Shown here: positions 9,207-19,210 of the stretch, one piece after another
Layout: each line of letters opens with the position of its first letter
Position numbering within the stretch: position 1 is the stretch's first letter
The notes under the pieces: model-generated
Told to the model about the DNA's origin: nothing
What the model saw: only the letters and a program-made list of their open reading frames with translations
Databases searched by the model: none
Translations under genes and position numbers: made by a program
Virus record (IMG/VR): IMGVR_UViG_3300032677_000021
Source: an uncultured virus (IMG/VR IMGVR_UViG_3300032677_000021)
Lineage: Duplodnaviria; Heunggongvirae; Uroviricota; Caudoviricetes
DNA length: 64,000 bases
Strand: one strand, 5' to 3'

Positions 9207-9515
9207 ATGAACAAGTACGTTTACCAAATTCAAGGCGCACTAGAAGACAAAAACCAAAAACTCGTTGGTTTGCGTGTACTAGTGTGCGACCTGTATAATT
9301 TTGACTCCGTTGACGTACCGATTGGAATTTTAGACAAAGAGACAGCTAAGTACTTAGCTTTCCGTCTAAAGCTAACAGACGGCGCCTTGGTAATCCAAAA
9401 ACTACCCAACGGCGTCATTAACAAGATTAGGCTGCTGTTGGGAAAATACCTAGACAAATGGGTATTGGAAAACTTTTATGGCGATACTAGCAACACAAAA
9501 GGTGTTAACCCTTGA
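9207..9515 (+). CDS. hypothetical protein, leaderless
   Basis: first gene of the plus-strand arm. Confidence 0.65.
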   Translation: MNKYVYQIQGALEDKNQKLVGLRVLVCDLYNFDSVDVPIGILDKETAKYLAFRLKLTDGALVIQKLPNGVINKIRLLLGKYLDKWVLENFYGDTSNTKGVNP

Positions 9516-10470
9516 CTATTGGAAAATAGCGCAAGACTTAAAGCAGGGTGACATTGTATTTGACAGACTTGGCCGCAAGGTCCGGATAAAACTCGTCCAA
9601 CACCTAGACAAACGGCCATGCTATCGTGTATGGTTTAAAGACGGCACGTCAGTTTGCGGGGACGGGAACCTAAAGCTACCAGTAGAAACACCAAAGTACC
9701 GCAAAAGAATCTTTGAATACAAAGGCGTTAAGAAGTTTAAGAGGCCCTTGGTACTAAAACCCCTGTCCGAACTGATTAACCTGGAGCTTTTAGACAAACG
9801 AAACCGTTTAGTGTACAGCGTACCGACAGCCGGCATGCTAGAATTCCCCATTATGGACCTGCCAGTCCCGCCGTTTGTGTTTGGCCTATGGTTTTTCTGC
9901 CGTAGAAAAGACGGAACCATGAAAATTCCAGCGCAATACATGGACGAAGTTATGGAACGGCTTAAAGATTATGGCTACTTGCAAACTTACTGGCGTGATC
10001 CAGCCAAGCGGTACAGAGTTTACAGCACAAAGCCTACGGTTATGTCACACTTGGCACCAAACATACCGTACAAAATACCAAACAACTACCTACTGGCGAG
10101 TTCTGAACAACGAATCGAGCTGCTTAGTGGGATTATGCACGCAAAACCAAATCAATATAACCAAAAGTTAGATACGTTTCGGTTTACATCAAAGCATTTA
10201 CCAACCGTCAAGCGAGTTCAAGGGCTTGCCGAATCGTTGGGATGTAAGACAGTGCTCGAAGGTCCGGACAAAATAAACGGATACACTGTTTTTATTAAAA
10301 CCAAGCTAAAACTTTTACCACAGCAAACGCCAAAGCCTGCTAAGGTGCGGCAAAACTGGAGACTGATTACTAAAGTTGAAGAGATAACACCGCAAGCCTG
10401 TGTTCACATCGAAATAGATGGAGAGGATAACAGCATGTTGGTCGAAGAAGGATTTATTGCATGTCTTTAA
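9478..10470 (+). CDS. free-standing degenerate intein-like protein (Hint + LAGLIDADG folds)
   Basis: AILATQKVLT..W...DLKQGDIVFD (Hint N), PVPPFVFGLWF and RIELLSGIM (LAGLIDADG helices), ITKVEE..CVHIEID..MLVEEGFI (Hint C); catalytic residues missing. Confidence 0.75.
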   Translation: MAILATQKVLTLDYWKIAQDLKQGDIVFDRLGRKVRIKLVQHLDKRPCYRVWFKDGTSVCGDGNLKLPVETPKYRKRIFEYKGVKKFKRPLVLKPLSELINLELLDKRNRLVYSVPTAGMLEFPIMDLPVPPFVFGLWFFCRRKDGTMKIPAQYMDEVMERLKDYGYLQTYWRDPAKRYRVYSTKPTVMSHLAPNIPYKIPNNYLLASSEQRIELLSGIMHAKPNQYNQKLDTFRFTSKHLPTVKRVQGLAESLGCKTVLEGPDKINGYTVFIKTKLKLLPQQTPKPAKVRQNWRLITKVEEITPQACVHIEIDGEDNSMLVEEGFIACL

Positions 10471-11906
10471 GTAAAGAAGAACAAAAAGAAATATCCGAAT
10501 TTATCAAGGCGCGTAAGCACTGGCCTAAACCGGAACTAGACGCAGCGGTCTGGAGAATGACCTGGGCCAAGTCTGCACTAGCGCATCAAAAGGAGCCACC
10601 AGATGGTGAGTACGATACCTTCCTTATGCTTGCCGGTCGTGGATCTGGTAAGACGCACACTGCTAGCCACTGGCTTGGCATACGTGCTTGGCGTTACCCA
10701 GGCACACGCTGGCTTGTCACAGCCCCTACCTCTAACGACATACGAGCAACTTGTTTTGAGGGAGATTCCGGTCTGCTTAACATCATACCAAAGTCCCTTA
10801 TCCGAGACTACAACAAGTCCCTCTTTGAAATCACACTCGTCAACGGCTCGATCATTCAAGGCATTCCAGCCTCAGAGCCTGAACGATACCGTGGTAAACA
10901 ATACCATGGAGCTTGGTTCGATGAGCTGTGTGCCTTTGACTACCTCGACGATGCCTACGACGGCGTGCAGTTTACTCTGCGTCTTAAAGACCCAAGAATA
11001 CCTCGAGTCCAGCAAATCATTACTACAACCCCTAAGCCTAGGGAATTGATTGTAGACCTTGCCGAAGGTAAAATCGGCGGCGACGTGTACATGGTCAACG
11101 CCTCGTCGTTTGACAACCGAGAGAACCTGTCTGAAACATTCTTCAAACAGCTTGAGACTTATGACGGAACAGATATTGGTAGACAGGAGATTTATGGAGA
11201 GATCCTAGACCCAGAGTCCGCTGGTATTATCAAACGCAAGCAGTTCAAGATGTGGCCAGCCGATAAGCCCACACCAGAGCTGGAATACGTTCTGGCCAGC
11301 TACGATCCAGCTACCTCAGAAAAAACACACAACGACCCAACAGCTTGTACGGTGTGGGGTATCTTCCAGCAACAAGACGGCGGTACCAGTGCGATATTGT
11401 TGGACGCTTGGGACAACCACCTCTCTTACCCAGAACTTCGCCGTAAAGTAATCAACGACTTTAAGGAAGTAGTTTACGGCGCAGACAACACCTTTGCCAA
11501 AGGCAAAAAAGCAGACCTCATCCTCATGGAGGATAAATCAGCCGGTATTAGCCTCATACAAGAGCTCAGAGGCGCCGGAGTGCCAGTGCAAGGGTACAAC
11601 CCTGGGCGAGCCGACAAAGTCCAGCGACTGAACATTGTAGCCCCTTTGGTAGCTAAGGGAAAGATATTTATCCCCGAAGATCCAAAACAAAAGGGTGAGT
11701 TTGCTGACTGGACCAAACGGTTTATTCGCCAAGTCTGCTCGTTCCCTGAAATGCAGGGGCATGACGACTACGTAGACTCACTATCCCAAGCGCTTCGTAT
11801 TCTGAGGGATGATGGTTGGCTGCAGCTAGACTACCTACCACCGCGCGATTATGACTACGCAGACGACGATGTACGTAAGCGATTTGCCAATCCTTACGCC
11901 CAGTAG
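10461..11906 (+). CDS. terL: terminase large subunit
   Basis: Walker A AGRGSGKT, Walker B AWFDE, nuclease DPA / EDKSAG / HDDYVDS. Confidence 0.95.
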   Translation: MSLSKEEQKEISEFIKARKHWPKPELDAAVWRMTWAKSALAHQKEPPDGEYDTFLMLAGRGSGKTHTASHWLGIRAWRYPGTRWLVTAPTSNDIRATCFEGDSGLLNIIPKSLIRDYNKSLFEITLVNGSIIQGIPASEPERYRGKQYHGAWFDELCAFDYLDDAYDGVQFTLRLKDPRIPRVQQIITTTPKPRELIVDLAEGKIGGDVYMVNASSFDNRENLSETFFKQLETYDGTDIGRQEIYGEILDPESAGIIKRKQFKMWPADKPTPELEYVLASYDPATSEKTHNDPTACTVWGIFQQQDGGTSAILLDAWDNHLSYPELRRKVINDFKEVVYGADNTFAKGKKADLILMEDKSAGISLIQELRGAGVPVQGYNPGRADKVQRLNIVAPLVAKGKIFIPEDPKQKGEFADWTKRFIRQVCSFPEMQGHDDYVDSLSQALRILRDDGWLQLDYLPPRDYDYADDDVRKRFANPYAQ

Positions 11907-11935
11907 GGCGGATTGGTCCAAAATAGCGTATTAGT
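11906..11935 (+). promoter_or_regulatory. phage late-class promoter GGGC-N16-GCGTATTAGT (portal)
   Basis: exact bipartite motif. Confidence 0.85.
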
Positions 11936-11984
11936 TAAAATAAGGGCACACTTTCCGCCCACCAAATTCCAAATCAAATAATCT

Positions 11985-14909
11985 ATGGCACAACCATCAT
12001 TACCTATGCAAGCAGGCGGCAATTTGCCCAGTCTCGACCGAGAGGACGAGATTAAGGACGCAAAACAGCAAGACGCTGACATGGAAGAGTATGAAGACGT
12101 ACTGGGATTAGACTCCGACGAAGTAGAGCAAGAAGTAATTGAACTGGACGATGGTTCAGTTGTGGTTAATTACGTCGAAAGATCGAGTCCCGCAAAGAAC
12201 CCAGAGTTTTATGCAAACCTTGCAGAAGAGTTTGATGAGCAGACACTCCAATCATTAGCGATTGAGTACCTTGACTACATTGACGTAGACAAAGAGGCTC
12301 GCAAACAAAGAGACAAGCAATATGAAGACGGACTTCGCAGGACCGGCCTTGGCAAGGACGCTCCTGGTGGTGCTACTTTCGACGGCGCTTCTAAAGTTGT
12401 TCATCCCGTCATGGCTGAGGCTTGCGTCGACTTCGCCGCTTCCGCAGCCAAAGAGTTATTACCAGCAGACGGTATTGTTAAGTCCGACATCAAAGGCGAC
12501 GACGACAAAACCAAACAAGAAACAGCAAACAGAAAAGTAAACTTCCTTAACTGGCAGTTAACACAACAAGTACCTGAGTTCCGCGACGAGATGGAACAGT
12601 TGTTCACACAACTACCCTTGGGCGGATCTCAGTACCTTAAATGGATGTACGACGAAGAGCAAGCTCGTCCAGCGTGCGAGTGGGTACCAATTGACAACGT
12701 TATCCTACCGTACGCCTCAACAAACTTCTACACAGCACAGCGTGTTACAGAGCAACAAGACATTACTGGCGACGAGTACATCAAGCGTATTGACTCTGGT
12801 CTATACCGAGACTACGACAACGAGATTTATACCTCTGACTCTCCATTAAACGACCAAACCCGTAGTAAGGCAGCAAACGATAAGATCGAGGGCATTGACA
12901 TGCCTTCTAAAAATATCGACGAGCTACGCAGAATTTATGAGATTTCTTGCTACATGCGTTTGGACGAAGATCCAGAAACAGAAGGCAAGCGTGCCCCATA
13001 CATCCTGACTATTGACGAAACAAGCGGCAGAGTGCTGGCACTGTACCGCAACTGGGATGCTAATGATGAAAAACGAACAAAACTCGACTGGATGGTTGAA
13101 TTCAAGTTCATTCCTTGGCGTGGCGCTTACGCGATTGGATTGCCTCATCTTATTGGCGGCCTCTCCGCTGCTCTTACTGGTGTTTTGCGCGCTCTGCTTG
13201 ACGCTGCCCATATCAATAATAGCCAGACCATGCTTAAGCTCAAAACTGGGCGCGTATCTGGACAATCTGATCGAATTGAACCTACTCAAGTAATCGAAGT
13301 AGAAGCCGGTGCTGGTGTAACTGACATCCGTCAGATTGCAATGCCAATGCCGTTCAATCCACCCTCTTCAGTTTTATACGACTTGCTAGGCTGGTTAACC
13401 AACGCAGCTAAAGGTGTGGTTACTACAGCTGAAGAGAAGATTGCTGACGCAAACAGCCAGATGCCAGTGGGTACAACCCAGGCTTTGATTGAGCAAGGTG
13501 CTAAAGTATTCTCAAGCATTCACGCTCGCCTGCATCGCAGCCAAGAAAAATCTTTACAAATCATCTCGCGTATCAATCATTGGTATTTGCAAGAGATGGA
13601 CAACCAATCCGGCGAAGAGATTGAGGTACGTGACTTTGCGTACAACTCAGACGTTCGTCCGGTATCTGATCCTAACATTTTTTCTGAAGCACAACGTGTT
13701 GCTCAGAATCAAGCACTGTTACAAATGGCTGGCACCGCGCCTCCAGGAATGTTTGACATGCGTGCAGTATACAAGCGTGTGTTACAGCAATTAAAAGTTC
13801 CTGAGCTCGAAGAAGTGCTGCCAAACCCACAAGGCGCCAACGAATCCAATCCGGCCTTAGAGAACGTTTCTATGACGATGGGACGACCCGCTGCCGCCTA
13901 CCCCGACCAAGACCACATTGCGCACCTTAAGATTCACTTAGAGTACGCAACAAATCCTGCGTACGGTGGTAACCCTATCATTGGCCCAGTATTTGCGCCG
14001 CATGCACTAGAGCACATTAAGCAACACTTAACACTGCACTACTTGCAGTCTATGCGCAGCTATGTTGCCAAAGCCTCGGGCGGAGAAGACGTACTCAAAC
14101 TGCACCAAGAGCTACCATTGGATCAAGAAGCCCAGCAAGCCTTGGCCCTTGCCTCACAATTGGTTGGTCAAGACTCACAACAAACACTTGGACCATTCCT
14201 ACAGCAAATCACTGGCTTGGCTCAGAAAGTATCACAGGCTCAACAGCAGCAGCAACAGTCTGCGCTCATGTCTGATCCAACTGCAGCTGCAATTGTTAAG
14301 ACTCAGACTGCAGAGACACAGCGCAAACTGCAAGAAGCTCAAGCTAAGATGCAACTTGATACTCAAGAGATTCAACAAAACTATCAGATTAAAGTTGCAG
14401 AGTTACAGGCTAAGGTTCAAGAACTCCAAGCTAAGTACAGCACGCAGACTAACATTGATAACCAACGCAACGCTACAGACATTGCAATGGCTAACATCAA
14501 CAACTCTGCTAAAGAGCGTGTTGCTATGATTACGGCTGGAGCACAGATGAGCCAAATTCAAGCTCAGTTAGAAGCTGACCAGGATCAGTCTGCTAGAGAA
14601 GCAATCCAAACCGCTGAACAAGACATTCGTCAGCACGGATTAGCAATTCAGCAACAAGCATTCGAGCAAAAAGCTCAGCAGGTTCAGCAACAAATTGAAG
14701 CCCAAAAGGCACAGCAACAAGCTGCTATGGAAGCCCAGCAACACCAACAAGGCTTAGCTCAGGCAGACCAGCAGCACCAGATGGAAATTGCACAAAACGC
14801 TCAACAACACCAGCAAGGCTTAGCACAAGCCCAGCAAATGCACGAGCAACAAATGCAACAGATGCAAGAACAACAAGCAGCACAACCACAACAACCCCCT
14901 GAAGGATAA
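11985..14909 (+). CDS. portal protein with long Gln-rich C-terminal coiled coil
   Basis: follows terL; HPVMAEACVDF, FIPWRGAYAIGLPHLIG and PVSDPNIFS motifs typical of podovirus-like portals. Confidence 0.85.
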   Translation: MAQPSLPMQAGGNLPSLDREDEIKDAKQQDADMEEYEDVLGLDSDEVEQEVIELDDGSVVVNYVERSSPAKNPEFYANLAEEFDEQTLQSLAIEYLDYIDVDKEARKQRDKQYEDGLRRTGLGKDAPGGATFDGASKVVHPVMAEACVDFAASAAKELLPADGIVKSDIKGDDDKTKQETANRKVNFLNWQLTQQVPEFRDEMEQLFTQLPLGGSQYLKWMYDEEQARPACEWVPIDNVILPYASTNFYTAQRVTEQQDITGDEYIKRIDSGLYRDYDNEIYTSDSPLNDQTRSKAANDKIEGIDMPSKNIDELRRIYEISCYMRLDEDPETEGKRAPYILTIDETSGRVLALYRNWDANDEKRTKLDWMVEFKFIPWRGAYAIGLPHLIGGLSAALTGVLRALLDAAHINNSQTMLKLKTGRVSGQSDRIEPTQVIEVEAGAGVTDIRQIAMPMPFNPPSSVLYDLLGWLTNAAKGVVTTAEEKIADANSQMPVGTTQALIEQGAKVFSSIHARLHRSQEKSLQIISRINHWYLQEMDNQSGEEIEVRDFAYNSDVRPVSDPNIFSEAQRVAQNQALLQMAGTAPPGMFDMRAVYKRVLQQLKVPELEEVLPNPQGANESNPALENVSMTMGRPAAAYPDQDHIAHLKIHLEYATNPAYGGNPIIGPVFAPHALEHIKQHLTLHYLQSMRSYVAKASGGEDVLKLHQELPLDQEAQQALALASQLVGQDSQQTLGPFLQQITGLAQKVSQAQQQQQQSALMSDPTAAAIVKTQTAETQRKLQEAQAKMQLDTQEIQQNYQIKVAELQAKVQELQAKYSTQTNIDNQRNATDIAMANINNSAKERVAMITAGAQMSQIQAQLEADQDQSAREAIQTAEQDIRQHGLAIQQQAFEQKAQQVQQQIEAQKAQQQAAMEAQQHQQGLAQADQQHQMEIAQNAQQHQQGLAQAQQMHEQQMQQMQEQQAAQPQQPPEG

Positions 14910-14911
14910 TA

Positions 14912-15139
14912 ATGGCAACTAAGAAAACTGGTGGCGACGAATTAGGTTTCCGCCACACATACAAACAAACCGGAGCTCAAGGCTATGCTGGCGGCCCTGG
15001 CGAGACAACAATCGACAAGGGTAATTCTGGCTCTAAGCGTGCTAACAACGCAGTACTTAACCAAAACAAAATGGCTAAAGACAGCAAAGTTGGTCCAGGT
15101 AAGAACCTCAAAGACATTGGCGGCGGTAACTTTTATTAA
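14912..15139 (+). CDS. small Gly/Lys-rich protein
   Basis: directly after the portal gene. Confidence 0.6.
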   Translation: MATKKTGGDELGFRHTYKQTGAQGYAGGPGETTIDKGNSGSKRANNAVLNQNKMAKDSKVGPGKNLKDIGGGNFY

Positions 15140-15145
15140 TATTTG

Positions 15146-15175
15146 GGGCGGATTTACTTCCGTCAGCGTATTAGT
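15146..15175 (+). promoter_or_regulatory. phage late-class promoter GGGC-N16-GCGTATTAGT (leaderless)
   Basis: exact bipartite motif; ATG at 15182 = predicted +1. Confidence 0.85.
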
Positions 15176-15181
15176 AAAAGT

Positions 15182-15376
15182 ATGAAGGACTTTATCAGTG
15201 AAATTATCGGTCGCGTAAGGACTGAAATAAAGGACCATGCAGAAGCCGTCACTGCGGGTACAAACATCAACACGTTTGATGATTACAAGCAACACATTGG
15301 CGTTATCCAAGGTTTGCAGTTAACTTTGGATATTGTCAATGAAATTTTGACGGAAGACGAAGAAGACGAATCGTAA
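15182..15376 (+). CDS. small head-module protein
   Basis: YKQHIGVIQGL helical motif, usual between portal and GroES in such phages. Confidence 0.65.
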   Translation: MKDFISEIIGRVRTEIKDHAEAVTAGTNINTFDDYKQHIGVIQGLQLTLDIVNEILTEDEEDES

Positions 15377-15397
15377 GATTCAGGAAAGGATTGCCGG

Positions 15398-15838
15398 ATG
15401 GCGATTGATTTTAAGGAGGGCGATGACCCGGATTTGCGCACTGAAGAAGAGTGCTTTCCTGACATTGACCCAGGTGTAGAAATTCTTGGTGACCGAGTAT
15501 TGGTGCAACTGCGCCGTGAAAAGGTAACAAGTAAAGGCGGAATCATCCTGGTGGATGAAACCAGGCAGACGTTGAAGTTTAATGAAACTGTAGCCAAAGT
15601 ACGTGGCATTGGACCCTTGGCATACAAGAGCCCAGACGACTTAACCCCATGGCCAGAAGGCAATTGGTGTAATGTTGGCGATTTAGTTCGCACAATTAAG
15701 TACGGCGGTGATCGTTTTGTTGTGGATCCTAACGACGGTGGTGCCGCAGTGGTATTTATTACGCTGCAAGCACGTGAAGTGATCTCCAAGATCAAATCGT
15801 TTGAGGCTGCACAGAAAATGAAAGCGTTTGTAGACTAA
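15398..15838 (+). CDS. groES: co-chaperonin GroES-like protein
   Basis: LGDRVLV...TSKGGIIL...V..IGP...VGDLV..KYGG. Confidence 0.9.
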   Translation: MAIDFKEGDDPDLRTEEECFPDIDPGVEILGDRVLVQLRREKVTSKGGIILVDETRQTLKFNETVAKVRGIGPLAYKSPDDLTPWPEGNWCNVGDLVRTIKYGGDRFVVDPNDGGAAVVFITLQAREVISKIKSFEAAQKMKAFVD

Positions 15839-15859
15839 TAACTTTGTAGAAAGTAGAGA

Positions 15860-16840
15860 ATGGCAAAGAAAGACAAGGATCAGGACGACCACGTCCCGAT
15901 GAAGGAAATGGAAGATGGCACTTTGGTCGCCAAATTGGATTTTCCAGAAGAAATTGAAGACCAAGAAGAAGTAAAGTCAGAAGTAGAAGACGAGCGCACA
16001 GAAGATGAGCGCGAAGAAGACGAAAATGACGAAGACAGTGATATTTCAGACGAAGAGCGTGAGAAAATCCGTGAAGCACGTCGTGAAGAGCGCAGACTTA
16101 AGAAAGATTTAAAGAAACAGCGCGAAATATCAGCAAAAAACAAGATTACAGCACTTGAGCGCCGCAATGCCGAGCTAGCAGAACGCTTAGCTAAGGTAGA
16201 AAACACTGCAGTATCGTATCAATTTGCACAAATCGACAAGGCTATCGAAGACGAAGCCACTCGTGTCGAGTACGCAAAGATGAAAATGATCCAAGCAGCA
16301 CAATCTGGCGACGCAGCAGCTCAGATGGAGTATTTGGAACAGTTGACAGACGCTAAGCAGCGTTTAAAACAAGCCGAACACTATAAAAAACAACAAGTCG
16401 AGCAAGCTAAGGCACCAAAAGAAAACGTTCCGAACCCAGTAACAACAGAGGTTCAAGCCAATGCAACAAAATGGCTTAAAAAGAACTCTTGGTATGACCC
16501 ACAAGCTCGAGATACCGATAGTAGAATTGCCAAAGTAATTGACCAAGAACTAGCCGCCGATGGTTGGGATCCAGCTGATCCTGAGTATTGGGAAGAGCTA
16601 GACAGTCGTCTACAATCCCGCTTACCACACAGATATACTTCAAAGGGAGGCTCTGTGAAACGAGCAAACGCATCGACATCCGGACGCACAGCTGCAGTAA
16701 ACAGTGCAAAACCCGGAACTATTACGCTAAGTCGTGATCGTGTCCAAGCAATTAAGGACGCAGGTGCTTGGGATGACGTAGAAAAACGAAACAAAATGAT
16801 CCGCGCTTATGCGCAGTATGATCGTGCAAATAAAGGTTAA
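15860..16840 (+). CDS. capsid scaffolding protein
   Basis: acidic N-terminus, long coiled coil, upstream of capsid genes. Confidence 0.65.
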   Translation: MAKKDKDQDDHVPMKEMEDGTLVAKLDFPEEIEDQEEVKSEVEDERTEDEREEDENDEDSDISDEEREKIREARREERRLKKDLKKQREISAKNKITALERRNAELAERLAKVENTAVSYQFAQIDKAIEDEATRVEYAKMKMIQAAQSGDAAAQMEYLEQLTDAKQRLKQAEHYKKQQVEQAKAPKENVPNPVTTEVQANATKWLKKNSWYDPQARDTDSRIAKVIDQELAADGWDPADPEYWEELDSRLQSRLPHRYTSKGGSVKRANASTSGRTAAVNSAKPGTITLSRDRVQAIKDAGAWDDVEKRNKMIRAYAQYDRANKG

Positions 16841-16845
16841 TTATC

Positions 16846-17400
16846 ATGGCAAACAACAGAATTAAACGTGACTTAGATGATCGCTTAGCCGATCGAGTTG
16901 CTGAAACAAAAGAACGGATCTCTAACGACGATCCAGACGCAATAGCAAAAAAGGAGCGTGTAGCTGCGTTCCGCGATAAATGGCAAAATTCGGCATTGCC
17001 GGACTTGCCAAACGGGGTTATCCCTGGGTTTCACCTGTGTTGGTTATCCACCACAAACAATTATGACAGTATCGACAAACGATTAGCGTTGGGCTATGAG
17101 CCAGTTAAAACTTCGGAGTTAGGAAGAGGTTTTGAAAACTTAGGCAAGATGAACTCGGGCAAGTTTGAAGGCTGTGTTAGCTGTAACGAAATGGTTCTCT
17201 TCAAGTTACCAGAAGAAATCTACCAAGAAGTGATGAAGATGTTGCACCTTGAGGATCCTCTCGAGCACCAACGTAATATCACCGCTGCTGTTCGGGGCCA
17301 AGCCCAAGAAGGCAAAGGTGGTCGTTCAATTCTTGAAGGTGGAATTCTGGAAATGGAAAAAGAGGCCTCCAAAGCAAATAGTAATATTCGCTTTTCATAA
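16846..17400 (+). CDS. head-module protein, unknown function
   Basis: synteny; PGFHLCW...GYEPV motif. Confidence 0.6.
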   Translation: MANNRIKRDLDDRLADRVAETKERISNDDPDAIAKKERVAAFRDKWQNSALPDLPNGVIPGFHLCWLSTTNNYDSIDKRLALGYEPVKTSELGRGFENLGKMNSGKFEGCVSCNEMVLFKLPEEIYQEVMKMLHLEDPLEHQRNITAAVRGQAQEGKGGRSILEGGILEMEKEASKANSNIRFS

Positions 17401-17429
17401 CATTCTTCAAAAATAACAAAGGAAAATAA

Positions 17430-18092
17430 ATGTCCGCAACATTTCAACCCTTTGGTCTGAAGCCTGTATATCACCCAAGCGGATTAGACCGTGCAGTACC
17501 ATTCGTTGGTACTAACAGTTTTGTCCCAGGTACATCATACAGTGCTCCTTACTCGTTGACTTCTGGCCAGTCTTTCTGGCAGTTTCAGCCTGTAGCGATC
17601 AACTCTTCTGGCCAATTAACAATCGCTAACCAAACTGCATCAAGCGGTAAGGTTTACGGTGTATTTGACGGTCTTGAGTATACAAACTCTGACGGTCGTC
17701 GCTCTTTAGCTAAGTATGCTTCTTTGACATCATTGAATTCATATACAAACATCGTTTTCTGGATCTTCACAGACCCAGCACTCGTATATGAAATCCAGTG
17801 CAATGGCTCAGTAACTTCTGCAGCTATCGGTACCGAATACAACTTTGACACAACTTCTGGTTCTACTGTATCTGACGGCTATGCTATCGGTAACGGTGGT
17901 GCAGGTTTCTCTACCACAGCATTGCTTGCAACTGCTGTTGGTTCTGGTAACCAAGGTCAAGTTCGTGTAGTTGGTCTTGGACGTGAAGTAGCCTACCCAG
18001 CTGGTAACACAAACCAGTGGGGCGACGCTTACACAATCGTTCAAGTTCAGTTGTCTAATAACCAGTTCGCGGCCCCATCGGTCTCGGTCTAA
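17430..18092 (+). CDS. capsid cement/decoration protein
   Basis: PFGLKPV N-terminus, immediately before the major capsid gene. Confidence 0.6.
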   Translation: MSATFQPFGLKPVYHPSGLDRAVPFVGTNSFVPGTSYSAPYSLTSGQSFWQFQPVAINSSGQLTIANQTASSGKVYGVFDGLEYTNSDGRRSLAKYASLTSLNSYTNIVFWIFTDPALVYEIQCNGSVTSAAIGTEYNFDTTSGSTVSDGYAIGNGGAGFSTTALLATAVGSGNQGQVRVVGLGREVAYPAGNTNQWGDAYTIVQVQLSNNQFAAPSVSV

Positions 18093-18109
18093 TAACGAAA
18101 GGATAAGCA

Positions 18110-19027
18110 ATGGCAACCCCAATGCGCAGTACTGACTTTCGTGCGGTAGTCGAGCCGATTATCAACGAAGTCTTTGATGGCGTTTATGAACAACGCTCTG
18201 ACGAGTGGAAGGGATTTGTAGAACAGATCCAAGGTATTCCACGTAACTACCATGAAGAAGTAATGCTTTATGGTATGAACGCCGCTCCTGCAATGCCTGA
18301 CGGCACTCCAGTTAGCTACGATCAAGGTGGTACACTGTACATCACCCGTTTCATCTACCAAATCTATGGCTTGGCATACGCCTTGACCAAAGTTTTGATG
18401 GAAGACGGCGATCACATCCGTATCGGTAGCACTTTCGCTAAGCACTTGGCTCAGTCTATGATTGAAACCAAAGAAACTCTTTGCGCTAACATCCTTAACT
18501 TTGCTTTCACAAGCGGTTATGTTGGTGGCGACGGCGTTACTTTGATCAACACAGCTCACCCAATCGCTAACGGTGCTTCATACTCTAACCAGTTATCTAC
18601 AGCTGCTTCTTTGAGCCAAACTTCTGTTGAACAGATGTTAATTCAAATTCGCTCTGCTGTTGACAACAACGGTAAGCGTATCCGCTTGAAAGCAGAACAG
18701 TTAGTTGTTCCTCCAGCACTCGAGTTCCAATCAGAAGTAATTCTGAAGTCTGTTCTCCGTTCTGGTACAGCTGACAACGATTTGAACCCAATCAAATCAA
18801 CAGGTATGTTGCCTAAAGGTACACACGTGGTTACACGTTTGTCCTCTAGCAAAGCCTGGTGGGTTCAGACCGATGCTGAGAATGGTCTCATGCTCGTTAT
18901 GCGTCGTCCAATGGAGAAATCCATGGAAGGTGACTTCGAGACTGATTCTATGCGCTACAAGGCCACTGAGCGTTATGCTACAGGTTGGCATGATGCCCGT
19001 AACATCTACGGTACAGCTGGTTTGTAA
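18110..19027 (+). CDS. major capsid protein (HK97 fold)
   Basis: 305 aa, GGDGV.L...HP, LVVPPALE, YKATERY..GW; strong RBS, biased codons, terminator follows. Confidence 0.85.
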   Translation: MATPMRSTDFRAVVEPIINEVFDGVYEQRSDEWKGFVEQIQGIPRNYHEEVMLYGMNAAPAMPDGTPVSYDQGGTLYITRFIYQIYGLAYALTKVLMEDGDHIRIGSTFAKHLAQSMIETKETLCANILNFAFTSGYVGGDGVTLINTAHPIANGASYSNQLSTAASLSQTSVEQMLIQIRSAVDNNGKRIRLKAEQLVVPPALEFQSEVILKSVLRSGTADNDLNPIKSTGMLPKGTHVVTRLSSSKAWWVQTDAENGLMLVMRRPMEKSMEGDFETDSMRYKATERYATGWHDARNIYGTAGL

Positions 19028-19052
19028 TCAAAACCTCGCAGTAAGTCAAAAA

Positions 19053-19076
19053 AGCCACCCACAAGGTGGCTTTTTT
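19053..19076 (+). terminator. intrinsic terminator after the capsid gene
   Basis: AGCCACC-cacaa-GGTGGCT followed by a T-run. Confidence 0.8.
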
Positions 19077-19084
19077 GCTATTTA

Positions 19085-19114
19085 GGGCGTTTTATAAGAA
19101 TTTAGCGTATTAGT
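19085..19114 (+). promoter_or_regulatory. phage late-class promoter GGGC-N16-GCGTATTAGT
   Basis: exact bipartite motif. Confidence 0.85.
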
Positions 19115-19210
19115 AAATATAGGTAGAATAGTCCACATATAGCTCCCGTAATCTACCCGGTGAGATAGTCAAGTATCTAGTGTGGATGCCCTCTTGATAG
19201 GAAATCAAAA

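Noticed and set aside
9478..11906. Active intein inserted in TerL
   Set aside because: It is in a different frame with its own stop, has no N-extein or splicing residues, and TerL is complete without it.
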